Part shown: positions 12,286-26,311 of the stretch, piece after piece | Layout: each line of letters starts with the position of its first letter | Numbering within the stretch: position 1 is the first letter of the stretch | From: Azolla caroliniana | Lineage: Eukaryota > Plantae > Polypodiophyta | Length of the DNA stretch: 64,000 nt | Direction: 5' to 3' | NCBI GenBank assembly: GCA_043228905.1 | Contig: JBHGNT010000008.1 | Span: 7,068,001-7,132,000 of the forward strand | Made by a program: the position numbers and the translations under genes | Notes under the pieces: model-generated | What the model saw: only the letters and a program-made list of their open reading frames with translations | Database searches by the model: none | Told to the model about the DNA's origin: nothing

Positions 12286-14249
12286 CGTTTTCTTCATATT
12301 CTCAAATACACGTTTTATGAGTTTTTGAACGTTTGATTATAATTTATAATTGATTCAATCTCTATAGTTCATACTCATTTTTTTGTAAAGTTCTAAAGTG
12401 AGGAGTATAGAGATGTCTTGATTCTTAAGAAGCATCCCAAAGGTATGCATGTGATACAATGCAAATATTACAACCATACTTTTCTTTTTTTTCCAAAAAA
12501 TATTGCAATCATACTTATGTTGGTGGTTCACACTGGATTAAAGTTCACTTATTGGGACTGAGAGTGAATGAATATATAGTATAGACCATAGTCAATCCAA
12601 TCCAACTTTGAGATGATTTACCATACACGTTTGATTGAATCATTCTCAAATGCGAATGCACGCATGATATGTATGGTTCATTCTATGGCTATGGCCATTT
12701 TAGCTACATGTTAACTATAACAGTGTTTCCATTCCCATGCTTTCACCCTGGCACAAAGGAACACATGTACACCATACATGTGTGCTAAAAGGGTGTCACA
12801 AAGGAACACATATAAACCACAACATAAAGGCATGCACTTGCACCAAAGGGACACCACATTTCCCCCCTGAGAGACCAAGGCGTTTTACGACATGAGGAAA
12901 GGACAGGTGCTAGAAGATGGGCCTAGGATGGCATAGGGCTTGATGTGGGCAACATGGGTGGAGGTGAATTAGTCATTGGAATTGCATCGGAGCAAGTAAG
13001 TAGTGGATTTGATGGCACGAACTATGGTGAACGGGCTGATCCATCGATAGATGCGGGATTCACAAAGACCGCGGCGCTGGACCGGGAAGTAAACAAGGAC
13101 TTTGGTTCCATCATGTAAAAGAATACGTGTGCAGAAGCATGTGCGATAGACACCGAGTACACAGTTGGTTTCTAAAACTCGACAGTTAGGTAAACACAGA
13201 GAATGGATACAGAGTGGGAGAGAGAGAGACCGAGTAGAGCAGACAAGAATATTTTGATTACAAAAAGACTCAGTACTTCCAACAGTGCTCATAGTGCACT
13301 TTATATACAGGCCCTTGACGAGTGGACTGGCACAAGTACCGTCAGTACTTGAATGCTCATAAATGAGTCTGATGCTAATTCTACCTAGAATATTCATATT
13401 TACTATAAATAAGAATGTACTAGGCCCTCAATGGCCTTTTCGGATTTCATTCTACTTGGCACACCCAAATCGAACTCTATTCGATTCGGCTCTTCGGTTC
13501 TCAGGCCTCGTCTCTTCAGCCGATTCGGCCCATGTTGAGTTTGTCTCTCAACACTCCCCCTCAAGCTCAACTTGAGGTCCCCCCGTGTCAGCTCCAATTG
13601 GTTCGTCATTCCAACCTCTCCTGGCGTCCCAATGCCTCGCTCGCACTCCATGTCCAATTCGGCCTTGCGTCCCACGACCCCTTCGGTACGGTACTCCTCG
13701 ACTGGTCTGTTTCTACGCACTTCGACCCTTACAGTCGTCTTGTCTGCTTCCAAGGCCCTTGTCAATTCCCTCACGGTCGCGGTATTTGCGCCCCTCGACC
13801 TGTTGGCTCCTCCATCTCGGCGTCAGCTTTGGCTTCCTTCTTATCCACTTGGCCTTTGTGTGATTCGGCTGGTCCAAATCACCTTCCACAATCGAATCGG
13901 TTAGTTCCGATTCGTTCTAGCTCTCATCCGAATAGGTTGTCTCCGATTTGTCCTTCTTAAGGCCCTTGACCACATCTGCCCATGTCTTGGTCTTGGCCTT
14001 CCCTTGGTTGGCTTTGTCCTTCTCGATTTTGCTGCTTCTCTTGCCCTTCTCGGCTTCACCACCCCTTGGTTTGGTTGGCTCTGGCTTCGGCTCTCCCTTT
14101 CAGCCACTCCCCTTGCATGTGACTAGTCCTTGCTTAGTCGATCTCCTTCCACATGTCCATGTGTCCTCGGCTTCTCCAGCCGATCTAGACGTTCCGACTT
14201 CTTAAGTTGCGCCGAAATCGAATTCTTCATCCGATTTGGCTTTTCGGCT

Positions 14250-15463
14250 TCACTCCTCCCCCCTCATGTTCAGCATAACGAGGTGTTGTATGCCAAGAAT
14301 GCCCGAGAATTGCCGCAACTTGTCTAGGCCAAGAGGTTTGGTGAAGATATTGGCCACCTGCCGATTAGTCAGAACATACACAAGTTCGACTTCACCAGAG
14401 AGGTAATGCTCGCGGATGAAATGATAGTGCACCTCGATGTGCTTGGTCCGGGCATGGAAGTCAGGGTTCTTTGCTAACTGGATGCTGCTAAGGTTGTCAT
14501 AGTATATGGTTGTTGGCTCGGACACCTCTACATGCAAATCCTTTAATGGCCTTTTGAGCCAAATCGCTTCGCATGTGGCGATAGCCGCCCCTCGATACTC
14601 GGCCTCAATGCTCGACAATGCCACTATCGGTTGCTTTTTACTGCTCTAGGCGATCGCAACGCTTCCCAACAAAAACGTGAATCCAAATGGTGACATGCAA
14701 TTGCCAGCATTTCCGGCCCAATCGGCATCTATGTAGCCAATTAACGCATCAACTACTTCTACCCGATACAGCAACGCCTTGTCCTTGGTGCCGATGATAT
14801 ACCTCAATATCCTTCGCGCACACTTAAGGTGTTCGGCCTTTGGCTGCGACATGAATTGATTGATCAAGGTGACCGGGTAACTGAGGTTCGGCCGAGTGAT
14901 CGTCATGTAAATGAGGCTTCTGACAATTTGTCGGAACCGTGTCAGGTCCCACGCCATTCCCGAATTTTGGCAAACTTTCACGTTTCTGTCCAGAGGGGTT
15001 GAGATGGACTTACAATCGACCATCCCGAACTTGAAGAGCATATTGAGCACATAATGGCGTTGGCTGATCAATATGCCTTTGAGTGTTTGGATCACTTCGA
15101 TCCCGAGGAAATAATGAAGGTCCCCCAGATCCTTCATTTCGAATGATGCCGCAAACTGAGACTTTACTTAGCCGATTTCTCCGAGGTCGACACCAGTGAG
15201 TACTAAATCATCAACATATAGCAGAAAGCTAATAGGTCTAGTCTGACTTCGCCAAATGAAGAACGAAGAGTTCGATTTTGATGGAGCAAACCCCATCTTA
15301 TGCAATCGTTGCGTGATCTTTGCGTTTTAGGCACATAGGGCTTGCTTGAGTTCATACAACGACTTCTTCAATGGGCAAATTGCCGAGGTGTTTTGTTCGG
15401 ATAGAAATCCGGGGGGTTATACCATGTACACTTGTTCCTCAAGATCACCTTGTAGGAACGCAT
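14250..15463 (-). pseudogene. pol: Copia A pol, RT C-terminal part and RNase H
   Basis: AFLQGDLEEQVYM, MKDLGDLHYFLGIEV, YIDADWAG, SSIEAEY, HARTKHIEVHYHFIRE; stops present. Confidence 0.9.
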
Positions 15464-17099
15464 GACCATATAATATCCCGTGGTGAGAATTTACCGTAGT
15501 ATTCTATACATGTGGATAAGTGTGAGGGTTAAACGAGAGTGTAAAGAAGGGGAGGATTACTTTTAATCCTCAGGATTGAGACAACCCATTAGGCCAAGTG
15601 TGAACTTGCCTTGGGGCCTTGGGTATCGCTATAAATAAGAGGCCTAGCTACCCTCGTTTCATCATCTTTTGACTACGTCGAGACTCTGTTTCGTGGTGGT
15701 TCAACTCTTGTAGTGAGCGCGCCAGCACCAGGTACGACTCGACGCCACGACAGTGATATGGGACGCCGATCGAGGCTGAGGTTGTATATGGTCATATGTA
15801 ATTGTTTTTTCATTAATTCAATGATATTGTAGTGGTAATTAATTGGTTATATAAAACGTTTACATATGTGCACGAGGTCAATACCTCATTTGACATATAT
15901 TTAATATGTGATTATTGTCTCGATTTCATCATATGTTGGCTATTTGATGTTATGATTATTTTTAATATACGCCTATGTGGTCACATGTATACATATTTGA
16001 TCGTATATATCTGATAAATAAACATATGTGTATATTTGATATTACATGATTTCAATATCGAATGTTTTCCTTTTCGGGGAAAGGATTTTGGTGGCCGTCC
16101 TCACATTTTTGTGAGAATGGCGTTGTCACCATCCCTTTTTCAACAAATTTTTATTGTTGACATCCCCGTTGGTGACTTTGTTTTCGTTATGTAATGAAAC
16201 AATCTTCGCCACAATGGTGTTGGGAACATAGGGCTTGACCCACTTGATGTGAGGTCGCTCTTATGACACACATATCCAACCTCCCTCCCTCATTACATGT
16301 ATAGGATGCCACCATGAGATCATTCTTACGAAAGGCATTCGTAATGACGTAACCATGTGATGGGCCACGTGGGCCTACTATGAAAAGAGGGCTCATTTGG
16401 CTTGACCATTAGGTTGCATGTTGGCGTTTGCCATCGTAATTACGTGACTTGAGGTTAGGTAACATACCAACAAAGTTTGTGGTAAACAAGGGGGAAATAA
16501 GGACTCTTGACATATATGTTTCTTTTAAAAAAACATATATGGTCAAATGCCTCGCATATCTCTTATACGCATTAAATATTAAACATTCAAGAAGAGCAAC
16601 CTACTTGGTTGGCTATAGTGTTTAATGCATTTGTTCTCAAGGTCTCGAGTTCAAATATGATCAAGACCATACAACATCGTTGATACATATGGCTATAACA
16701 CATGTTTAGACTTGAGGTCTAAGTGCACTTCGGGGTCCTCGTAATAGGACTTAAAGAGCCGAAACCACATACGTGGGCACAGAAACAAAATAGTTTATTG
16801 TTAACATTTTCTTCGTGTATAAACTATTCATGACACGAACATCCATGGTTGAGCCTTGGGGAGCCGCCATGAAAAAATCGATATAGAGATCACATTCATT
16901 TGTCACCCCCATGGTTTTTAAAACACCTTTGTGTTACCATAGTAACCTGATCTTGAACCTTATCTCATACATCTAGAGGGGTATTGACGTGAGATCATGA
17001 TATCGATTAATGTTTGCCCATGATATGTTTACATCACGACATGATGTTATGACTATTTGTCTGACCTTATCCTATTTCTTTGCCAGAAATAATTATTCA

Positions 17100-20000
17100 A
17101 TGGCTCAAAATAACGACCCGATGTCATCCGCTCAAGCGGAAGGAACTCAAAGAAATCCTCCTAGACAAATGTCCATTGAGATGTATTTTTCACAAATAAG
17201 CCAATACCTTAGTTTCACCGCTCAAAAGATGACCGAACTTCAACAATCTCAAAGTGCTCTCGAGGCCGTGTCATTAGTTTACAACGTGAGACTAATAGAC
17301 CTGATGAGCGATAGGGTTAACCATCGTTTGTCATTAAGCCATTTATGGGAGAAAAAAAGGAAAGAACCGAAGAAGCAATCTACATGTGGCTGGGCCGATG
17401 GGAGTCTCATTTTGAGCGCTATCCCACGCCAAATAGTACGAAGATTGCATATGTCGGCTAAGAACTAGGGGGTAAGGCCGCCGCCGGGTGGTGTGGGCTC
17501 CGAACTTTGGGGAAATTGCCCGATACTTGGACAGATTTTGTCACAGTTTTTAAGGGCCAATTTCTCCAACCTCCCTCTCGAACTGAAGCAACACAAGCTT
17601 TAATGAACCTCTCTAGCAGAAAGTTTTCCTCGCTAGAAGACAATGTCCACCATGCTAGAACCCAAATCCAAAAATCGGGTCTAGAACGGGACAACTGGTT
17701 AATAGCTTGTTTTGTCAATGGCATCCCCAATTAAGACTATCATTGGATAGTGCACGATAAGGGTCCAAAATCCTTCGAAGAGGTCGTTGAAATAGTTCTT
17801 CACTATCAACGCACTTCGAAGAAGGACCATAACAAACCCAACGAAGCACCCGAGACTAAGCAGTCGCAATTCGCTGGGAAACACAAGACACCCAACGAAT
17901 TCATGGATCGTGATTGTAAGCGACAACATCCTTTTTGCGTATTCTGCAAAAAGAAGGGTCATACAAAAGAGCAATGTCGAAAGCTCCAACGAAAAGAGCA
18001 CGACAGCAAAACAAATGCTACAGGCCATAAATGTCAGATTCCTAATGTTCTTGAGGTCTATACACATCATTTAAGTAATTGTAAATGTTCATTCCCTCAC
18101 TATGTATTGGGACCCAATGATTTACTACGTGCAAACGGGTATATCACTAGATCTCCTGTACAATTTTTGTTTGATTCGGGAAGCTCACACAACTTTGTGA
18201 ATGATCGTTTGGTTCAAATATAGGGAATCCAACCCACCATAAGTGATCACACCTATACGGTGCACTTGGCTAATGGAAGAGTACAATACATCAACGGGGC
18301 AATTCATTCATTGGGAATTTCTATTGATACTTATATAGAGGAAGTAGACTTCCATGTAATGAATCTTTGTACCACTGATGTAATACTAGGTTATCCCTGG
18401 TTCTATAATAAAAACTCTTCTTTATCTATTGATTGGGTTCATCATTCAATTACATTTGTACTGAACGATTCTACTCATTTTATTCAGTGTGTTAAAAAAC
18501 AATCTCTTTTGATTGTTTCCTCTCCATCAATATCCAAGTTGTCTTATTTGACTTTATTTTATTGTATACTTGATCCAGACATTTACATTTACAATATTGA
18601 TGATGTCTCAGTTCAATTATCATATTTTGAACAACAACAACTCGATGAAATCATAAATGATTTTCGTGATGTTTTTCCGAGTGAACTACCATATGGGTTA
18701 CCTCCATAACGTAATATAGACCATCGTATAGATATTGTACCTGGGGTTGCACCAATAAGTATACCTCCTTATCGCTTAAGTCGATCCGAAGAGGATGAGG
18801 TATCTAAGCAACTCAATGACTATTTATGAATGGGTTATATACGTTATAGTAAATCTTCATGGGGTGCACCTGTTCTCTTGGTAAAAAAGAAAGAGGGCAC
18901 ATGGCGTATGTGTATTAATTATCGACGCCTGAATAAAGTGACGATCAAGAATTCATATCCATTGCCCCGGGCTGACGATCTAATTGACCGTCTCAAGGGA
19001 GCTCAGTATTTTACGAAACCTCATCTTCGTACGGGCTACCATCAAATTCGTATAAGTGAGGACGATGTTCCTAAAACGGCATTTCGTATGCGTTATGGCC
19101 ATTATGAGTTTTTGGTTATGCCTTTTGGTTTGATCAATGCTTCGGCCACATTTCAACAAGAAATGAATGAAATTTTCCGAGAACTTGGAAAATTTGTCGT
19201 TATTTTCTTGGATGATATTTTAGTTTATAGTCGTACATTAGAAGAACATTCTAAACATGTCCACTTTGTTTTACAAACATTGAGTGACAAACAGTTTTAT
19301 GTGAACATCTCAAAATGTGAGTTCTTCAAGAAATCAATTACTTATCTTGGACATCTCATAACCGAACGAGGAGTGGAAATTGATCCTTCTTGCATCGAGA
19401 AAATCAAGATTTGGCCCACTCTTCGGAATATTCGAGAAGTTCAATCATTCCTTGGTTTTGTCGGGTTTTTAGGAAAATCCCTTCGTAATTATTCCCAATT
19501 GACGACGATGTTTATTGATCTTCTAAAAGGTCAAACGCGTAAGTCTACAAAACCTATTGTATGGAATGCTACACTAGACCTCGCCTTTAAGGAACTCAAG
19601 GACCTTGTGTGCAAGGCTCCTTCACTTCTTTTACCCGATCCTTCAAAACCTTTTGAGGTTGAAACTGATGCAAGAGATTATGCTATAGGTGTTGTCTTAT
19701 ATTAAGATGGTAAACCAATAGCATTCAAGAGTAAGAAACTTGATTCTACTCAAATTCGGTATACAGTTCAAGAAAAGGAATTATTTGCAGTCATACATGC
19801 GCTCAAAACATGGCGTCATTATCTTTATGGAAATCGCTTTGTGGTAACTACGGACCACGAGTCCTTGAAATATTTTTGTGACCAACAAGACCTGAAAGGT
19901 CGTAAGACACGATGGGCTGATCTCATCCAAGACTTTGATTTTTCCATACAATATCATAAAGGTTCTATGAACACTGTCGCTAATGCACTAAGCCGCAGCC

Positions 20001-21593
20001 GTGAAGTTAACATGCTTAGCTTCACTGAAATAACATCAGATCTTCATGATCACCTTTGAGGAAAGTGTCCTAATGACAGTTATTTTGCGAAATATTGGGC
20101 AAGAGTTGAGTCTGGAACAGACACCACCACATCCTCGAAGGAATACTTCCACATTGCTAACGGTATTGTCGAACGGTTCCATCGGTTCATTGGAGGTCAA
20201 CTAAAGATGTAATATGCAGTTAAACATTTGTAAATACAAGACTAAAGCCTTGTATAATTTTGTGTTTACAAGGGTGTAAGTAAGAATTTGAACCTTGCAC
20301 CTCCTACATCAGAGCCACATGACTTACCATTAAGCCACGTCATGACTTTAGAGCTATTTTTTTATCATTGTACTTTTCATATGTAAAATCTCATACATGA
20401 GAGCTTGAATGAGTGACATGGTTATCATGCAACACAAGTAATACATGAGCGCCAAATGACAAACATGCATCTCATGCATTTTATGCATTACATGCGTGTC
20501 TTGCACCCTCACATGCATCATATACATGGGGGCATCTATAAAAGAGTGGATGAAGAAGAAAAAGTGGTGAGGTATGAATCAAGAAATTTAAAAGAAGAAA
20601 ATTTGTTACCCAATTAGTGATGTATCGTATTTCTCAAATCTAAAGTCAAAGGATCAAACTTAATCTCTCGCCATATCAATTGCTCTCAATCTAAAGTCAA
20701 GCGTTCAATTTTATCTCAATCTCTCTCTTTCAATCTATCTTAAATACTTTCTCATGAAAGCTAGTGCAAACTTCGAATCCTTCCAGTCCAGAACCCCAGT
20801 GGTTCCGCCTCACGATCCACGCATAACAACGGATCTTCACAAGAACGTTGGTGCAAAACCAACAAAATGGGAACGTTACCTCCCAATTTTGAAGTTTGCT
20901 TATAACAACTCCAAGCATACGTCGACAGGATATAGTCCTTTTATGTTTATGTATGGTTTTCAGCCACGAGCCCCGATTGATGTTAATATCCATCATGATG
21001 AGTTGCAAAGTACGCAAAACTTTCTTCGGGATATGCAAGATATGTTGCATATTGCACGAGATAATATAAAAACAGCTCAAGATAGAGTGCGTTTTTATGC
21101 CGATCATCATAGGCAACCTCGTGTATTCAACCCTGGACAGAAGGTATTTTTACGTGTACCTCACAATTCTAAGTCATTGTCTAAGGGTAAGTGCGTTAAG
21201 TTAGCCCCACGGTTTTCTGGACCTTTTATAGTCCTCAAACGCATTGGGTCATCAGCCTATCGTCTCGCTCTTCCTAATGGTGTTGAAATTCATCTAATTT
21301 TTCATGTGAGTCATCTAAAAGAATTTCTAGGTTCTGGTGACAATACAGTTACAACTGAAAGTCTGGTTACTTCTGAAGAGTTATCTTCTAAACCACATGT
21401 ACCAAAAAGAATTCTCAATGTTAAAATAAAAAAATTATGTACTAAAGAAATCCAAGAATTTAAAATAAAATGGATGGATAAATCAATAAAAGATGCCACA
21501 TGGGAGCGCGAAAATTCTCTTAAAACTAACTTCCCTAACTTTCCATTGCAAGAGTGCAATGTTTTAAAGTGGGGGAGTATGTTACGGGCATGA
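17100..21593 (+). pseudogene. pol: Gypsy C gag-pol pseudogene (gag CCHC, protease, RT, RNase H, integrase C-terminus, chromodomain); integrase core replaced by an insert at ~20167-20845
   Basis: CVFCKKKGHTKEQC; FLFDSGSSHNFV; [21 protein letters not shown]; VETDA, TTDHESL; SGPF, IFHVSHLK; FKIKW.....DATWE chromodomain. Confidence 0.9.
20167..20845. mobile_element. Unrelated insert (probable LTR fragment) inside Gypsy C, containing a - strand tRNA-like module at ~20278-20340
   Basis: Non-coding block starting tgtcg that interrupts pol; TATA-like ctataaaag near 20537; integrase catalytic core missing at this point. Confidence 0.5.
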
Positions 21594-21918
21594 CCATATA
21601 ATATCCTGTGGTGAGAATTTATCGTAGTATTCTATACACGTGGATAAGTGTGAGGGTTAAACGACTTAGAGTGTAAAGAAGGGGAGGATTACTTTTAATC
21701 CTCAGGATTGAGACAACCCATTAGGCCAAGTGTGAACTTGCCTAGGGGCCTTGGGTATCGCTATAAATAAGAGGCCTAGCTACCCTCATTTCATCATCTT
21801 TTGACTACATTGAGATTCTGTTTCGTGGTAGTTCAACTCTTGTACCAAGCGTGCCAGCACCAGGTACGACTCGACGCCACGACGGTGGTATGGGACGCCA
21901 ATCGAGGCTCGAGTCCGT

Positions 21919-22609
21919 TGTCGTGTTGTTATGCGCGTGCATGGAGAACGAGGCGGGACCACCGGGGCCTCAGACCGAGAAATAACCGAATGAAGGGAGG
22001 GGAAGGACTCTTATGATGTAATTCACACGCGCACAGACCCACAGAATCACAGGAATTGCAATTAGCTACAGAACACCAGATGGAGACAGGACGAATGTTT
22101 AAGTATATATATATATAAATCAAGATGTTACAGCCGGTAAGCCGGTGAGTGATGGGCTCTGACGCCTACGCACACACGCACACACAGACAGAACGCGAGA
22201 TGGGGGCTCTACCGGGAGCACTCGGGCGTCCCGCGGAACAGAGTCAGCCCCCCGGAACCTGCACAAAACAATTATAGAGATGACAGGGGAGAGGAGAAGC
22301 GCTCGGTTCCAGTCTGGCAACACTTCCTCCTCCACCAAAAACGCCTGATCCCTTTTACAATACCTCTCCCTCTCTTTTATAGCCCCAGGAGGGAGGCCGT
22401 TACCACTCGTTACATCATGTTTATTCCCTATCCTTTCGGACAGGGATACGCCTCGATTTCCTCCCTACCGAACGCGTACTACCTAGGATTTCGCCTCAGG
22501 CGACTTATACCTACCTACGTACTATACAACAAAACTTGTGCCCACGTGTAAGGGCCGGTTTACGTACGTTATACCCGGTTTCCGCCTAGGGACGGTTTTC
22601 TCCACGACA
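21919..22609 (-). mobile_element. Solo LTR (691 bp) of a family related to Gypsy D; 4-bp TSD ccgt/ccat
   Basis: Starts tgtcg and ends ggttttctccacgaca; both ends resemble the reverse complement of the D LTR termini (tgtcgtgaagaaaacc...gcaaccccgaca). Confidence 0.82.
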
Positions 22610-22740
22610 CCATCTCGATCCCTTCGCTCGAGGGTGGTCGGGTGGATTGGCACCCTTCTTTCTCTCTCTCTCCTTTCTATCTATCTATCTATCATTCTTT
22701 TCTCCTTATCATACGCTTACATTAGATCATATCACTAATA

Positions 22741-25700
22741 CTTTACATGCATTTGATGTAAGTGCCACCCCTTTGCCGTTGCTACCATCAGCAATACACA
22801 AACAGTTGTCATCTTCACCACCGGCGCGAAGGTCTCATCGTAATCGATGTTGTGTTTCTACGCGTAGCCCTTGGCCACTAATCGGGCCTTATATCGGTTG
22901 ACCGAGCCGTTAGTGTTGTAATTGACCTTGTACACCCACCTGCATCCGATCCGCTTCACACCCTTGGGGGCATCAACTAGGTCCCAAGTCTTGTTCTCTA
23001 TTAGCGCGCGCATGTCTTCCTCCATAGCGGCACGGCAATTCGCGTCCTTCGCCGCTTCTGCGTAGCTCTCCGACTCGCGCACATTTGCCATATATGCATA
23101 ATGATGCATCATATACCCATTATACCCGTACCGAATTTCGGGATTCTTCTGGCTTATGGATCAACATAACTTCTGATTCATCGATTTCATGCCCCTTTGA
23201 GCTGACTTCGACCTAGCCTTCGGAGGTCCCTCTTTGCTCCTGGCCACATCGAATTTGCTTCGATCCGATGTGCTAGCCTCACTATTGTATTCCGGCATCT
23301 TCATCTTCCCTTTCTCCTTGCGCATAAACCGTCTCCTCGATTTCTGGTGCGGGGATTGCATGGCCGAGTCTCCACTACTCATCCGCTCTTCATCCGACTA
23401 GTCCGTTCGACTTAGTCACTCATTCGGACCACTTAGCTGAAATGAGATCAGACTCTCTTCTAGAATTCCAATTTCCTCTTCCTCAAGGGGCATCTCGGCC
23501 TCACTAGCCCCATCCTCAAAATTTGGAATGGAGTGGATGGGGATTGGAGGTGAAGGCAAGTACCACGAAGCCGACTCATCAAAAAGGACATCTCAGTTTA
23601 CTCGGACCTCTTTCATTCGGGGTTATAGCACTTATAACCCTTCTACTCATCCGAGTAGCTGACCAAGATACACTTCTCGGCTTTCGCATCTAACTTCCTC
23701 CGTTTTTCCTTCGGCACATGCACATATGCAATGCTACTGAATACCCTCAAGTGTGCCAAATTCGGCTTCTTACCGAAATACAGCTCATGTGGCGACACTC
23801 TTCCATTTGCAGAAGTCCGATTCTGCAGGTATAACGCCAGCTTGACAACTTCGGCCTAGTAGAATTTTGGCATATGCTTCTCCTCAAGCATTGCCCTGGC
23901 CGTTTCTTCAATCGTTTGATTCTTCCACTCGGCCATGCCGTTCTGCTATGGTGTGTATCTACAGGAGAATTTGCGTTGAATTCCTTCCATTTGTAGATAG
24001 CTAGAGAACTCTAGACCATTTTGATAGCCCGCAATAATAAGGTCTTTGGTGGAAACCAATTGCATGAAGTTAGCTTCTTTAAGCAATCCCTCAAGCAATC
24101 TCTATTTGATTGTCTGCAACTTAGAGACATCACACTGCAAATTTACAATCTTTACTTTGAGTGCTTTTAAGCTCTTTAGTTTCTAATCGACACTTCTATA
24201 TTTTTCTTTATTCTTTGTGGGTTTTCACCTCACTTTGAGGTTTCCCACTAGTAATAAAAGTGTCACTAAAAAAAAAAGATAGCTGGAGAATTGGTCGGAA
24301 AAGTACTCTTTCCCACCATCGGACTTGATCTTTCGGCTTGTCTCCCGTTCAGCAAGGCTTTTCACCTTCAAGAAGCAGGAAAAAATTTCACTTTTCCACT
24401 CGATCAAGCACGCCCAAGTGTGGCAACTGTAGTCATCGATGAAAGTTACAAAGTAACGGCTTCCACCGATACTCACGTTCTATGTCGGTCCCCATACATC
24501 CGAATGGATTAAATCGAGCTTGTTTTGGCTCCGATTTCTTCATTTGGGAACGGAAGTCGGTGATGCTTCCCTAACTAGCAGGCTTCGTAGACTTGGCCCT
24601 TTCAGCCACTTAATTTTGGCAAGCCAAAAACGTAATTTTTTGTCTGCATCTCCCGAAGCCGCGAGATGTTGATGTGGTCGAACCGCTTGTGCCACAAGTC
24701 AATGTCCAATTCGACCTTTTGCCCTTTGACGAACATGGCGGTGCCTACATCGTTCGTTTTGAGGATAAACGTCCTCCCTTCTCGACGTCCTTGTGCGATG
24801 ATATTGTCGTCTTCTTCGATGAAACACCCAAGATGAGTAAATCGAACTTGCATGCTCTGGTCAATAATTTGTCCGACCGACACCAAGTTCTTGGTGATTG
24901 TCGGCACATGCAAGAAATTCCTCATGATTCCCTTCTAGCCGACATGGCTGAGAGGGACATCTCCAATGTGTTTGATGGGGTGAGGGGTGTCATCTCCAAT
25001 TTCGATGACCCCCCGTTGCTCCAGCTTCTCCAGAGTCAAGAACCACTCCTTGTGATTCGTCATGTGGTTCGATGCGCCTGAATCCATGTACCGCACCTCG
25101 TTCGACCTTGAGGTGTTCACCGCCATCGAGTTGCCTTTGTGCTTCATTACAAAGGTTGGGCCCGTTTCATTTCCGGCTCCTCTTGAGCCCTCCTTGTAGT
25201 GCGATATTTGACGCCTATCTGCGTCCCCTCAGCTCGATCCGGCTTTGTCCGAATCGGCTCGCTTTTCCCAGCACTTGCTCTCTCTGTGGTCCTTCCAGCC
25301 ACAATACCAACAATCTAACGCAACCTTTCCTTTCCGACCTCCGGCGTTGCCTTAACTCCCCCTACTCATAGAGGGTCTAAAACTGTTGTCGGCATTTCGA
25401 TTATGCCTCAAGTTTTGCTCCTGTCGACCGCCTCCATTCCACGCCGATCCACATCCGTGTACAGCATCTTGTTGTCGGTGTGCATACTCATCGATGCACC
25501 CGAGTGGTTTCCTTCTATGAGCAACATCGATTGTAGCTCGAAGAAAGGTGTATTCTCCCTCATGTAGACCATCGTTCGGAATGCTCTGAACTTCGACACC
25601 AACCCTCTGAGGCAAACCTGCACCATTTCGTCCTCCTCGACATCGTTGACGGAGGAGAGGGAGTCGCAGATCTCCTTGAACTTGGAGGTGTAATCAGCCA

Positions 25701-26064
25701 CCAACATGTCTCTTTGTCGAACATTTCTCGGCTCCTGTCTAAGTTGAAGCTTTCTAGCTGTGGTGCTCGCAGAGAAAATCTTCTTCAGATTTCCCCAAGC
25801 ATCCTTCGGCATCCTGGCATCTCTAATGTAGCTCAAAAGCTGATCGCTCACGCAAGATGCAAAGCAATAGAGAACTTTGCTTGCCACTTGTTCCCAGACC
25901 AGGAAATCTCTATGTGTCGACTCGAGTGCTACATCATTAGCTCCTTCAACGTAACTCCAATAACTGTGCCCGAGTAGGTACTTGTGCATCTTGGTCATAC
26001 TAGATGCATAGTTGCTCCTATCGAGCTTTTTGGTCGGAAGCGAGCTTCCCATTCCTTTGTCCAT
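22741..26064 (-). pseudogene. gag-pol: Copia A gag-protease-integrase-RT N-terminal part, degenerate
   Basis: KLDRSNYAS gag (25408-26064); YMDSGASNHMT; LWHKRFDH; RYFVTFIDDYS; TWDLV...CRWVYKV...YKARLVAKGY. Confidence 0.9.
24011..24276 (+). mobile_element. 266-bp polyadenylated retro-insert (SINE or LINE 3' end) in the Copia A integrase
   Basis: AATAAA 24253-24258, A10 at 24268-24277, 16-bp TSD agatagct(a/g)gagaa(c/t)t at 23995-24010 and 24277-24292. Confidence 0.85.
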
Positions 26065-26277
26065 GTTCTTGTCTTTTCTTTTCCAAAAAAATGAGAAACC
26101 TTGTCTCTATCTTGTTCGCTTGCTTTTCTGTCAGTTGTAGAGGAGTGTCAACCCTCGCACTCTAATACTATGTAACAAAATATGTGTGCGAAAGCGTGTG
26201 CGATAGACACCGAACCGAGTACACAGTCAGTTTCAGAAACTCGGTAATTAGGTAAACACAGAGAATGGATACACAGT

Positions 26278-26311
<34 letters not shown>

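Larger units (their letters stand above)
15460..22734 (+). mobile_element. Gypsy C: chromovirus inserted in the RT of Copia A. 5' LTR remnant 15460-15778; 3' LTR 21580-~22734, split by a solo LTR
   Basis: 15460-15778 matches 21588-21909; PPT aaagtgggggagta at 21566-21579; the Copia RT motif (HVK.AFLQG) rejoins across 22741/15463. Right end approximate. Confidence 0.85.

Noticed and set aside
13403-14205. Overlapping ORFs in the GC-rich 3' region of Copia A (env-like or extra ORF?)
   Set aside because: Short, low complexity, present on both strands, with no conserved features.
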